Shown here: one piece after another, positions 46,893 through 58,059 of the stretch
How the letters are laid out: each line of letters begins with the position of its first letter
Numbering within the stretch: the stretch's first letter is position 1
Translations under genes and position numbers: made by a program
NCBI GenBank assembly: GCA_030390025.1
Contig: JASTWF010000036.1
Span: 496,001 to 560,000 of the forward strand
Origin: Squalus acanthias
Taxonomy: Eukaryota
Direction of reading: 5' to 3'
DNA length: 64,000 nucleotides
Notes under the pieces: generated by a model
What the model was told of the DNA's origin: nothing
What the model saw: the letters and a program-made list of their open reading frames with translations, nothing else
The model's database searches: none

Positions 46893-48594
46893 TGAGTGTG
46901 TGTGTGAGTGTGAGAGAGAGAGAGAGAGAGTGCGTGAGAGAGAGAGAGAGTGCGCGCGAGAGAGAGTGCGCGCGAGAGAGAGTGCGTGCGAGAGAGAGTG
47001 CGCGCGAGAGAGAGAGTGTGAGTGTGCGAGAGAGAGAGAGTGTGAGTGTGCGCGAGAGAGAGAGTGTGAGTGTGCGCGAGAGAGAGAGTGTGAGTGTGCG
47101 CGAGAGTGTGAGTGTGCGCGAGAGAGAGAGAGTGAGTGTGCGCGAGAGAGAGAGTGTGAGTGTGCGCGAGAGAGTGTGAGTGTGCGCGAGAGAGAGTGTG
47201 AGTGTGCGCGAGAGAGAGAGTGTGAGTGTGCGCGAGAGAGAGTGTGAGTGTGCGCGAGAGAGAGAGTGTGAGTGTGCGCAAGAGAGAGAGTGTGAGTGTG
47301 CGCGAGAGAGTGTGAGTGTGCGCGAGAGAGAGTGTGAGTGTGCGCGAGAGTGTGAGTGTGTGCGAGAGAGAGAGAGTGCGAGTGTGTGCGAGAGAGAGAG
47401 AGTGAGTGTGTGTGTGAGAGTGTGTGTGAGAGAGTGTGTGAGAGAGAGTGTGTGAGAGCGAGTGTGTGAGAGCGAGTGTGTGAGAGCGAGTGTGTGAGAG
47501 AGAGTGTGTGAGAGAGAGTGAGTGTGTGTGAGAGAGAGAGAGTGTGTGTGAGAGAGAGAGTGTGTGTGAGAGAGAGAGAGTGTGAGTGTGTGTGAGAGAG
47601 AGTGTGAGTGTGTTTGAGAGAGAGTGAGTGTGCGCGAGAGAGAGTGTGAGTGTGCGCGAGAGTGTGAGTGTGTGCGAGAGAGAGAGAGTGTGAGTGTGTG
47701 CGAGAGAGAGTGAGTGTGTGTGCGAGAGAGTGTGAGAGTGTGTGTGAGAGTGTGAGAGAGTGTGAGAGAGAGTGTGTGTGAGAGAGTGTGTGAGAGAGTG
47801 TGTGAGAGAGAGTGTGAGAGAGAGTGTGAGAGAGAGTGTGTGTGAGACAGTGTGAGTGTGTGTGAGAGAGAGAGTGTGAGAGAGAGAGAGAGAGAGAGTG
47901 AGTGTGTGAGAGAGAGAGTGAGTGTGTGTGAGAGAGAAAGTGAGTGTGTGTGAGAGAGAGAGTGTGAGTGTGTTTGAGAGAGAGTGAGAGTGTGTGTGTG
48001 AGAGAGAGTGTGAGAGTGAGTGAGTGTGTGTGAGAGAGTGTGTGTGAGTGAGTGTGAGTGTGTGAGAGAGTGAGTGTGAGTGTGTGTGTGTGTGAGAGAG
48101 TGAGTGTGAGTGTGTGTGTGTGAGAGTGTGTGTGTGTGAGAGAGTGTGTGTGTGTGAGAGAGTGTGTGTGAGAGAGTGTGAGTGTGTGAGAGAGAGGGTG
48201 AGTGTGTGTGAGAGTGAGTGTGAGTGACTGTGTGTTTGTGTGTTTGTGTGTGTGAGAGAGAGAGTGTGTGTGAGTGAGTGTGAGTGTGTGAGAGAGTGTG
48301 TGTGTGTGTGTGAGAGAGGGTGAGTGTGTGTGAGAGTGAGTGTGAGTGACTGTGTGTTTGTGTGTGTGTGTGTGAGAGAGAGTGTGAGAGTGTGTGTGTG
48401 AGAGAGAGAGTGTGAGAGTGAGTGAGTGAGTGTGTGTGAGAGAGAGAGTGTGTGTGAGTGAGTGTGAGTGTGTGAGAGAGTGAGTGTGAGTGTGTGTGTG
48501 TGAGAGTGTGTGAGAGAGTGAGTGTGAGTGTGTGAGAGAGTGTGTGTGTGTGTGTGTGAGAGAGGGTGAGTGTGTGTGAGAGTGAGTGTGAGTG

Positions 48595-48644
<50 letters not shown>

Positions 48645-48698
48645 TGTGTGTGAGTGAGTGTGAGAGAGGGTGAGTGTGTGTGAGAGTGAGTGTGAGTG

Positions 48699-48732
<34 letters not shown>

Positions 48733-48800
48733 TGAGAGAGAGAGAGAGTGTGTGTGAGTGAGTGTGAGTGTGAGAGTCAGTGCTGAGTCAGTGAGTGAGT
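46893..48800. repeat. ~1.9-kb compound (GA)/(GT)/(GC) microsatellite
   Basis: Direct inspection; a gagagagtgtgagtgtgcgc super-unit occurs in 47010-47350. Confidence 0.97.
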
Positions 48801-49419
48801 GAAGTCGGGGATTAACGCTCTGTGACAGGAAGTGACACCAGCCATTCCGTGGGCTGAAGGCATTCTCTATCTTAATCTCTTGTTATATTTAATCCTTTGA
48901 GATTTTTTTTTAAATATTGGCTAAACGGAGCCAGCGTTTCTCTCGGGGGGGTGGGGTGAATGCTCTGCAGTTCCATGAAAGGAATTGAAGCAAATTTTTA
49001 TCTAAGAATCCAGTTCAAAGGCGCGAGGGGGGGGGGGAGGGGGGGGGGAGAGAGCGGATGACAAACGATTGGTCTTTCTGACTGTGAATGGTTTGTTATC
49101 GCAAACACTCACACAGCCCGGCCGGCGTTACCTCAGTCTTTCCATTGCGGGACTGTCCCCATTTGTTAATTCTTCGCCGCCTTTGTTGTGACCTCACCCG
49201 TGGGCACGGAAGGCTGTGAGGAGATTGCCTTTGGGCGTTTGTGTGTGATTCGACACGTTGCTCGATTTAACTTCAGACACTGGGCCACACAGAGAGAGAG
49301 AGCGAGAGCGAGAGAGAGATGAAAGAGTCCGAAATGTGTGAGGGGAGGAACTGGAGGCCAGTGTGACAAGGGAGAGAGAGAAATAGAACCAGGGAGAGTG
49401 AGAGGAAAGAGGCAGAAGG

Positions 49420-49680
49420 ATAATCGCACAGCGCAGGTGGAGGCCATTCGGCCCATCGTGCCTGTGCCGGCTCTTTGAACGAGCTCTCCAATTAGTCCCG
49501 CTCTCCCCCCCCGCCCCTGCTCTTTCCCTGTAGCCCTGTGAATTTTTCCCCTTCAAGTATTTATCCAATTCCCCTATTTAAAGTTACTATTGAAATCTGC
49601 TCCCACCGCCCTTTCAGGCAGCGCGTTCCAGATCACAGCAACTCGCTGCGTTAAAACACATTCTCCTCATCTCCCCCCTT
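49420..49680 (-). mobile_element. CR1 3' end
   Basis: Close reverse complement of 46494-46690. Confidence 0.88.
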
Positions 49681-50087
49681 GTAGATGGTACACACTGCAG
49701 CCACGGTGCGCCGGTGGTGGAGGGAGTGAATGTTTAAGGTGGTGGATGGGGTGCCCATCAGGCGGGGCTGCTTTGTCCTGGATGGTGTCGAGCTTCTTGA
49801 GTGGTGTCGGAGCTGCACTCATCCAGGCAAGTGGAGAGTATTCCATCACACTCCTGACTTGTGCCTTGTGTTTTTTTTATTCGTTGGTGGGATGTGGGCG
49901 TCGCTGGCAAGGCCAGCATTTATTGCCCATCCCTAGTCGCCCCTCGAGAAGGTGGTGGTGAGCCGCTGCCTTGAACTGCTGCAGTCCGTGTGGTGAAGGT
50001 GCTCCCACAGTGCTGTTCGGGGAGGGAGTTCCAGGATTTTGACCCAGCGACGATGAAGGAACGGCCGACATACTTCCAAGTCAGGAT

Positions 50088-50121
<34 letters not shown>

Positions 50122-50230
50122 ACTAGGAGGGGAACTTGGAGGTGGTGGTGTTCCCACGCGCCTGATGGCGGAGAGGCTTTGGGGAGTCGGGAGGTGAGAC
50201 AATCGCCGCAGAATGCCCCGGCCTCTGTAG
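49677..50230 (-). mobile_element. Two rearranged pieces of the LINE family seen at 6455-7200
   Basis: MEYSPLAWMSAAPTPLKKLDTIQDKAA; ggccagcatttattgcccatccc 3' end at 49880-49935. Confidence 0.82.
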
Positions 50231-50330
50231 ATAGTGCGCATACACCGCACCCAAAGAACGGCGGTGGTAGGCCTTTAAGGCGGCAGATGTACAGAAGGGG
50301 ACAATGCTGAACTGCAAACTGATGCTGTTG

Positions 50331-51060
50331 AAACATAGAAACATAGAAGATAGGAGCAGGAGTAGGCCATTCAGCCCCTCGAGCCTGCTCCGCCATTCAA
50401 TGCGATCATGGCTGATCATCCAAATTCAGAACCCTGTCCCTGCTTTCTCCCCATATCCCTTGATCCCTTTAGCTTTAAGAAATATATCTAACAACTCCTT
50501 GAATATATTTAATGAATTGGCCTCAACTGCCTTGTGTGGTAGAGAATTCCACAGGGTCACCACTCTCTGGGTGAAGAAATTCCTCCTCATCTCAGTCCTA
50601 AATGGCTTACCCCTTATCCTTAGACTGTGACCCCTGGTTCTGGACTCCCCCGCCATCGGGAACATCCTTCCTGCATCTAGTCTGTCTAGTCCTGTTAGAA
50701 TTTTATAAGTTTCAATGAGATCACCTCTCATTCTTCTAAACCCCAGAGAGTATCGGCCCATTCTACACAATCTCTCATCATAGGACAGCCCCTCTCATCC
50801 CAGGAATCAGTCTCGTGAACCTTCGTTGCACCCCCTCGAAGGCAAGTATATCCTTCCTTAGGTAAGGAGACCAAAACTGTGCACAATACTCCAGGTGTGG
50901 TCTCACCAAGGCCCTGTGCAATTGTAGCAAGACTTCCTTACTCTTCTACTCCAACCCTCTTGCAATAAAGGCCAACACGCCATTTGCCTTCCTTTATTGC
51001 TTGCTGTACCCGCCCGTTAACGTTCTGTGATTCGTGTACAAGGACACCCAACTCCCTCTG
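50331..51060 (-). mobile_element. CR1 LINE 3' fragment
   Basis: ORF 50426-50770 reads RRMRGDLIETYKILTGLDRLDAGRMFP; aaacatagaaacatagaa tail. Confidence 0.9.
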
Positions 51061-51174
51061 AACACCAATAGTATAGGCCCGTTATACTCAAAGGCCGGAG
51101 GTCGGAGTAAGTATCGCTGGCCTCTCCCTCCCTCGCGTCAATCGTCAAACTCATCTCCCACTATCCACTCCACG

Positions 51175-51965
51175 CCTGAAAAGTGTGAGGTGATGCATTT
51201 TGGGAGGACTAACAAGGCAAGGGAATACACAATGAATGGTAGGACCCCTAGGAAGGACAGAGGATCAGAGGGACCTTGGTGTGCATGTACATCGATCCCT
51301 GAAGGCAGCAGGACAGGTAGATAAGGTGGTTAAAAAGGCATATGGGATACTTGCCTTCATTAGTCGAGGCATAGAATATAAGAGCAGGGAGGTTATGATG
51401 GAGCTGTACAAAATGCTAGTTAGACCACAGCTGGAATACTGTGTGCAGTTCTGGTCACCACACTATAGGAGGGATGTGATTGCATTGGAGAGGGTGCAGA
51501 GGAGATTCACCAGGATGTTACCTGGGCTGGAGCGCTTCAGCTATGAAGAGAGACTGGACAGGCTGGGGTTGATTTCCTTAGAGCAGAGAAGGCTGAGGGG
51601 GGACCTGATTGAGGTGTACAAAATTATGAGGGGCATAGATAGGGTAGATAGAAAGGAACTTTTGCCCTTAGTAGAGGGGGTCAATAACCAGGGGGCATAG
51701 TTTCAAGGTAAGGGGCAGGAGGTTTAGTCGGGATTTGAGGAAAAACTTTTTCACCCAGAGGGTGGTTGGAATCTGGAACTCACTGCCTGAAAGGGTGGCA
51801 GAGGCAGGAACCCTCACAACATTCAAGAAGCATTTAGACGAGCACTTGAAACGCCATAGCTTACAAGGCTACGGATCAAGTGCTGGAAAATGGATATGAA
51901 TAGGCAGGGCTTGATGGCCGGCGCTGACACGATGGGCTGAAGGGCCTCTTTCTGTGCTCTATGAC
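51175..51965 (+). mobile_element. CR1 LINE 3' fragment
   Basis: EKCEVMHFG; ORF 51236-51700 (QRDLGVHVH…LVRPQLEYCVQFWSPH…RRLRGDLIEVYKI). Confidence 0.92.
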
Positions 51966-52121
51966 CTCCTTCCACACCCGTGCCCCCCCCAACCCCCCGC
52001 CTCATTGCAGTCATACCCACAGCCTTCCCATCGCCCAGGACCGGATTGACCCTGGTGCTAAACCTGGTCGCAAATCATATGACGGGATTTCCATCCCTCT
52101 CCCCTTCCAACGCCAACAGTA

Positions 52122-52755
52122 TGATTTGGACAAGTTGGGTGATTGGGCCAATGCATGGCAGATGCAGTATAATGTGGATAAATGCGAGGTTATCCACTTT
52201 GGTGGTAAAAACAGGAAGGCAGATTATTATCTGAACGGCAATAAATTGGGAAAAGGGGAAGTGCAACGAGACCTGGGTGTCCTTGTGCACCAGTCGCTGA
52301 AGGTAAGCATGCAGGTGCAGCAGGCGGTTAAGAAGGCAAATGGTATGTTGGCCTTCATAGCGAGAGGATTCGAGTACAGGAGCAAGGATGTCTTGCTGCA
52401 GTTGTACAGAGCCTTGGTGAGACCACACCTTGAGTATTGTGTGCAGTTTTGGTCGCCTTATCTGAGGAAGGATGTTCTTGCCATGGAGGGAGTGCAGCGA
52501 AGATTCACCAGACTGATACCTAAGATGGCAGGAATGACGTATGAAGAGAGATTGGGTCGATTGGGCTTGTATTCGCTAGAGGTTGTTTCCCCCCCTGGCT
52601 GGAGAGTCTAGAACCAGGGGTCACAGTCTCAGGATAAGGGGTCGGCCATTTAGGACCGAGATGGAGAAATTTCTTCACTCAGAGGGTGGTGAATCTTTGG
52701 AATTCTCTGCCCCAGAGGGCTGTGGAGGCTCAGTCGTTGAGTATATTCAAGGCGG
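52122..52755 (+). mobile_element. CR1 fragment(s)
   Basis: DLDKLGDWANAWQMQYNVDKCEVIHFG…PHLEYCVQFWSPY; switch or deletion near 52580. Confidence 0.9.
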
Positions 52756-53446
52756 AGAGGAACATTAACCCAACAAGGGGCCAACACGAGTGAGAGTGTA
52801 ACCCAGCTGGGAGTTAACCCCAGTGGGAACCTGCCAGTGCCAAAAAAAACAAAACAAAACCCCTCCCACTCTGATATTCATCTCCGAAGATCCTTGTGGT
52901 GGGCCGAAAGCCTTGACGCCATGGCAACAAGGGTTTGGCCTACCACAGGAAGGAAGCGCTTGAGGCAGGAGGGCCTTTCCTGTCCACACCACCCGCCCTC
53001 CCTCCGTCGCATCATCGCCATGGTGACCTCCCCGAACAAGGCCCAGTGCCATCGAGGCCCAGTGGAGATGGCTTCAAACCCCCTTCTGTTCCAGTTGAGA
53101 TAATGACAGTAATAAGGAATTCGCTGACCTGCCAATCAACCACTCTGTGCAATTTAGGCCCCAAAAGACACATTCCTTTCCGGTTAAACCATTGCACACA
53201 AGAATTCGATAAACACTGCCTGCTGTTCCTCGGTTCCCAGGCTCAGGGAAGCCTGCGGAATTGCCAATTCCGGGACTCTCAGTCCGAGTAAGTGCTCAAC
53301 GCTTCCCGTCTCCAGCTCGCCAATTAAACCCTCCACCCCCCCCCACCGCCCCGTACAAGTCTGGGTGAAGACCCGTTCAAAGGTTGGAGAGGTCAACAGC
53401 CGCATATTGTGATTCTGGTGTGGCTCCCTGCGAATGTTATCCTCGT

Positions 53447-53683
53447 CAGAGAGACAGACAGAGAGAGACAGAGAGAGAGAGACACAGACAGAGAGAGAGA
53501 GACACAGACAGAGAGAGAGAGACACAGACAGAGAGAGACACAGACAGAGAGAGACACAGACAGACAGAGACACAGACAGACAGAGACACAGAGAGACAGA
53601 CAGAGAGAGACAGACAGACAGAGACAGACAGACAGAGACAGACAGAGAGAGACAGACAGAGAGAGACAGACAGAGAGACAGAC

Positions 53684-53714
<31 letters not shown>

Positions 53715-53765
53715 CAGAGAGAGAGACAGACAGAGAGAGAGACAGACAGAGAGAGAGAGACAGAC

Positions 53766-53808
<43 letters not shown>

Positions 53809-53859
53809 GAGAGACAGACAGACAGAGAGACAGACAGACAGAGAGACAGACAGACAGAC

Positions 53860-53890
<31 letters not shown>

Positions 53891-53896
53891 GACAGA
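53447..53896. repeat. (GACA)/(GA) microsatellite
   Basis: Direct inspection. Confidence 0.97.
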
Positions 53897-53907
53897 CTTA
53901 CTTTACA

Positions 53908-55258
53908 TACTCGTATTTCTCCGGCTCCTTTCACCACCTCAGGACGTCCCAAAGCGATTCACAGCCAATGAAGTACTTTTTTTGAAGTGTGGTCACTGTT
54001 GTAATGTGGGAAACGCGGCAGCCAATTTAGGCACAGCAAGCTCCCGCAAACAGCAGTGTGATAAATGACCAGATCATCTGTTTGTGATGTTGGGTGAGGG
54101 TTAAATATTGGCCCCAGGACACCGGGGAGAACTCCCCTGCTCTTCAAATAGTGGCCGTGAGATCTTTTACTTCCACCTGAGAGAGCAGACGTGGCCTTGG
54201 TTTGAAGACTCATCCGAAAGACGGCACCTCTGACAGTGCGGCGCTCCCTCAGTACCGCCCCTCCGACAGTGCGGCGCTCCCTCAGTACTGCCCCTCCGAC
54301 AGTGCGGCGCTCCCTCAGTACCGCCCCTCCGACAGTGCGGCGCTCCCTCAGTACCGCCCCTCCGACTGTGCGGCGCTCCCTCAGTACTGCCCCTCCGACA
54401 GTGCGGCGCTCCCTCAGTACCGCCCCTCCGACAGTGCGACGCTCCCTCAGTACCGCCCCTCCGACTGTGCGGCGCTCCCTCAGTACCGCCCCTCCGACAG
54501 TGCGACGCTCCCTCAGTACCGCCCCTCCGACTGTGCGGCGCTCCCTCAGTACCGCCCCTCCGACAGTGCGGCGCTCCCTCAGTACCGCCCCTCCGACAGT
54601 GCGGCGCTCCCTCAGTACCGCCCCTCCGACAGTGCGGCGCTCCCTCAGTACCGCCCCTCCGACAGTGCGGCGCTCCCTCAGTACCGCCCCTCCGACAGTG
54701 CGGCGCTCCCTCAGTACCGCCCCTCCGACAGTGCGGCGCTCCCTCAGTACCGCCCCTCCGACAGTGCGGCGCTCCCTCAGTACCGCCCCTCCGACAGTGC
54801 GGCGCTCCCTCAGTACCGCCCCTCCGACAGTGCGGCGCTCCCTCAGTACCGCCCCTCCGACAGTGCGGCGCTCCCTCAGTACTGCCCCTCCGACAGTGCG
54901 GCGCTCCCTCAGTACTGCCCCTCCGACAGTGCGGCGCTCCCTCAGTACCGCCCCTCCGACAGTGCGGCGCTCCCTCAGTACCGCCCCTCCGACAGTGCGG
55001 CGCTCCCTCAGTACTGCCCCTCCGACAGTGCGGCGCTCCCTCAGTACCGCCCCTCCGACAGTGCGGCGCTCCCTCAGTACTGCCCCTCCGACAGTGCGGC
55101 GCTCCCTCAGTACTGCCCCTCCGACAGTGCGGCGCTCCCTCAGTACTTCGGTGGGAGTGTCGGCCTGGATTATGTGCTCGAGTCTCTGGCGTGGGACTTG
55201 AACCCACGACCTTCTAACTCAGAGGCGCGCGTGCTGCCCACTGAGCCACGGGCGACAC
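53908..55258 (-). mobile_element. Full-length DeuSINE with ~28 highly homogeneous copies of the 33-bp unit
   Basis: Tail at 53908-54070, body to 54230, array 54231-55146, tRNA-like head 55190-55258 (gggacttgaacc, cccactgagcca). Confidence 0.92.
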
Positions 55259-55585
55259 AATGGTTGTACTGAGAACATTTGCAAGAAAGACCATTCATTG
55301 ATAAGATCCCTCCTCAACTCCCAAAGCCCACAATCTCTTACTTTATGAACTGCTGGCACTGTTGCAATGTAGGAAACATGGCAGCTGACTTTCGCACAGC
55401 AAGCTCCCACAAAGGTCACAGAGGCGAATCTATTTTTGCCAATGGTTGACGGACGGATGTCGGCCCCCAAGATACCAAGAATTTGCGTCGGGCCTGTCAC
55501 ATAATCAACGGTCCCAAGGTGTTACGTGGAAGAAAAGTGAGAAGTCGCACAACACCAGGTTATAGTCCAATAGTTTTATTGGAAA

Positions 55586-55623
55586 TCACAAGCTTTCGGA
55601 GCTGCTGCTCCTTCGTCAGGTGA
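55586..55623 (-). ncRNA. Minimal type I hammerhead ribozyme
   Basis: The minus strand reads UCAC CUGACGA A GGAGC AGCA GCUCC GAAA GCU U GUGA: stem I UCAC/GUGA, intact CUGANGA and GAAA core, stem II GGAGC/GCUCC, palindromic AGCU in place of stem III. Confidence 0.85.
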
Positions 55624-55951
55624 AGTGAAGAAATACAAATCGGCACAGCATATATAGACAGAGGACAATGTCTGTGCAGAGTACAATGTCAGACGACTAC
55701 AGTTAATCTTTCTGACTGCCTTTTATCACACCTCGGCAGAGAAACCATCAGGTCAGTCAGGGAGGCATTATATCAAAGACATAGCAAAATACAACTGAGA
55801 CAATGAGGTGGGGTCACAGGGGGTCTAATGTGTCAAATGCTGCAGTCTGTATGGAAAGCCATAAACTTTTTACTTTTTTTTTAAACTGGAAATCACATCT
55901 GTGAACAAGCCAACAACGACTCGAGTCTGGATGACTCTACGTCAGGTGGGG

Positions 55952-56074
55952 TTACATGTAGCGTGGCATGAACCCAAGATCCCGGTTGAGGCCGTCCTCA
56001 TGAGTGCGGAACTTGGCTATCAGTTTCTGCTCGATGATTTTGCGTTGTCATGTGTCTCGAAGGCTGCCTTGGAG
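55952..56074 (-). pseudogene. C-terminal remnant of a Penelope-like ORF (end of the GIY-YIG endonuclease region)
   Basis: Manual translation gives LQGSLRDT*QRKIIEQKLIAKFRTHEDGLNRDLGFMPRYM*; the E…I…GLN pattern is typical of PLE endonuclease C-termini. Confidence 0.75.
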
Positions 56075-56340
56075 AAGTAAAAAGTAAAAAGTTTAAAGTT
56101 TATGGTTTTCCATACAGACTGCAGCATCTGACACATTAGACCCCCTGTGACCCCACCTCATTGTCTTAGCTGTATTTTGCTATGTCTTTGATATAATGTC
56201 TCCCTGACTGACCTGATTGTCACTCTGCCGAGGTGTGATAAAAGGCAGTCAGAAAGATTAACTGTAGTCGTCTGAGATTGTACGCTGCACATGCATTGTT
56301 CTCTGTCTATATATGCTGTGCCGATTTGTATTTCTTCACT

Positions 56341-56378
56341 TCACCTGACGAAGGAGCAGCCGCTCCGAAAGCTTGTGA
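56341..56378 (+). ncRNA. Minimal type I hammerhead ribozyme
   Basis: tcac ctgacga a ggagc agcc gctcc gaaa gct t gtga; predicted cleavage 3' of 56374. Confidence 0.85.
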
Positions 56379-56674
56379 TTTCAAATAAAACTGTTGGACT
56401 ATAACCTGGTGTTGTGCGACTTCTCACTTTTGTCCACCCCAGTCCAACACCGGCATCCCCGCATCATTACGTGGAAGAAAGAGAGATTGCCGGAATGGTG
56501 GAGGAGTTAGGAGAAGAGTCAGAGGGTGGGGCATTTGAGAGAGGACAGAACAAGGGGTAGGGAATTTAGGAAACTGATGGGCCAAACAGGTAAAGATTTA
56601 GGAGAGAGTGATGGGCCGAGTGGTCGAGGATCTCTGGGAGAGAGAGACCGAAGGGTAGATAGTTTAAGGGAGGG

Positions 56675-57772
56675 ACAGGGCTTTGGTGAGACCACACCTG
56701 GAGTACTGTGCACAGTTTTGGCCTCCTTACCCAAGGAAGGACATACTTGCCGTGGAGGGAGTGCAACACAAGTTCACCAGACTGATCCCTTGCTTCAGTT
56801 ATACAGGGTACTGGTGAGGCCACACCTGGAATACTGCGTACAGTTTTGGTTTCCATATTTAAGAAAAGATATACTTGCTCTCGAGGCAGTTCAGAGAAGG
56901 TTCACTCGGTTGATTCTGGAGATGAGGGGGTTGTCTTATGAGGAAAGGTTGAGTAGGTTGGGCCTCTACTCATTGGAATTCAGAAGAATGAGAGGCGATC
57001 TTATCAAAACATCTAAGACTGTGAGGGGGCTTGATTGGGTGGAGGCGGGGAGGATGTTTCCACTGATGGGTGAGACTAGAACTAGGGGGCATCATCTTAG
57101 AATAAGGGGCTGCCGTTTCAAAACTGAGATGAGGAGAAACTTCTTCACTCAGAGGGTAGTGGGTCTGTGGAATTTGCTACCTCAGAGAGCTGTGGAAGCT
57201 GCGACATTAAATAAATTTAAAACGGAGATAGACAGTTTCCTAGCTGATAAGGGAATGAAGGGTTATGGGGAGCGGGCAGGGAAGTGGACGTGAGTCTAGG
57301 TTCGGATCAGCCATGATCCTATTGAATGGCGGAGCAGGCCCGAAGGGTCGTATGGCCTACTCCTGCTCCTACTTCTTATGTTCTTATGAGAGGGCTGTCC
57401 TAGGAGGAGAGATTGAGTAGAATGGACCTATACTCTCTGGAGTTTAGAAGAATGAGGTGATCTCATTGAAACGTATAAGATTCTGAGCGGGATTGACAGG
57501 GTAGATGCTGAGAGGCTGTTTCCCCCTGGCTGGAGAGTCTAGAACTAGGGGGTCATGGTCTTTGGAATTCTCTACCCCAGAGGGCTGTGGATGCTGAGTC
57601 TTTGAGTATATTCAAGGCTGAGATCGATAGATTTTTGGACTCTCGGGGAATCGAGGGATATGGGGATCGGGCAGGAAAGTGGAGTTGAGGTCGATGATCA
57701 GCCATGATCTCATTGAATGGCGGAGCAGGCTCGAGGGGCCGTATGGCCGACTCCTGCTCCTAATTTCCTATG
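56675..57772 (+). mobile_element. CR1 (56788-57388) nested in another CR1 (56675-56787 and 57387-57772)
   Basis: The host breaks at ttcaccagactgatccc and resumes at atgagagggctgtcc; the insert encodes [20 protein letters not shown]…GYGERAGKWT and has its own tail. Confidence 0.85.
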
Positions 57773-57780
57773 AGTTTACG

Positions 57781-57981
57781 ACTGAAGGGTAGATGGTTGA
57801 AGAGAGAGATGGGCCGAATGGGTAGATGGTTTAAAAAGAGAGATGGGCCGAATGGGTAGATGGTTTAAAAAGAGAGATGGACCGAATGGGTAGATGGTTT
57901 AAAAAGAGAGATGGACCGAATGGGTAGATGGTTTAAAAAGAGAGATGGACCGAATGGGTAGATGGTTTAAAAAGAGAGATG

Positions 57982-58021
<40 letters not shown>

Positions 58022-58023
58022 TG

Positions 58024-58059
<36 letters not shown>

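Larger units (their letters stand above)
55533..56466. mobile_element. Penelope-like retroelement, 5'-truncated, with inverted pseudo-LTRs and a 14-bp TSD
   Basis: Inverted arms ~55533-55877 and ~56079-56431; TSD ttacgtggaagaaa at 55522-55535 and 56467-56480; ORF remnant in the spacer; hammerhead motifs in both arms; 35-nt unpaired extension at 56432-56466. Confidence 0.9.

Noticed and set aside
49132..49279. In-frame TGA in …AFRAHG*GHNKGGEE… as a possible selenocysteine codon
   Set aside because: There is no recognisable selenoprotein motif or SECIS element; it is more simply an upstream stop in a UTR or non-coding sequence.
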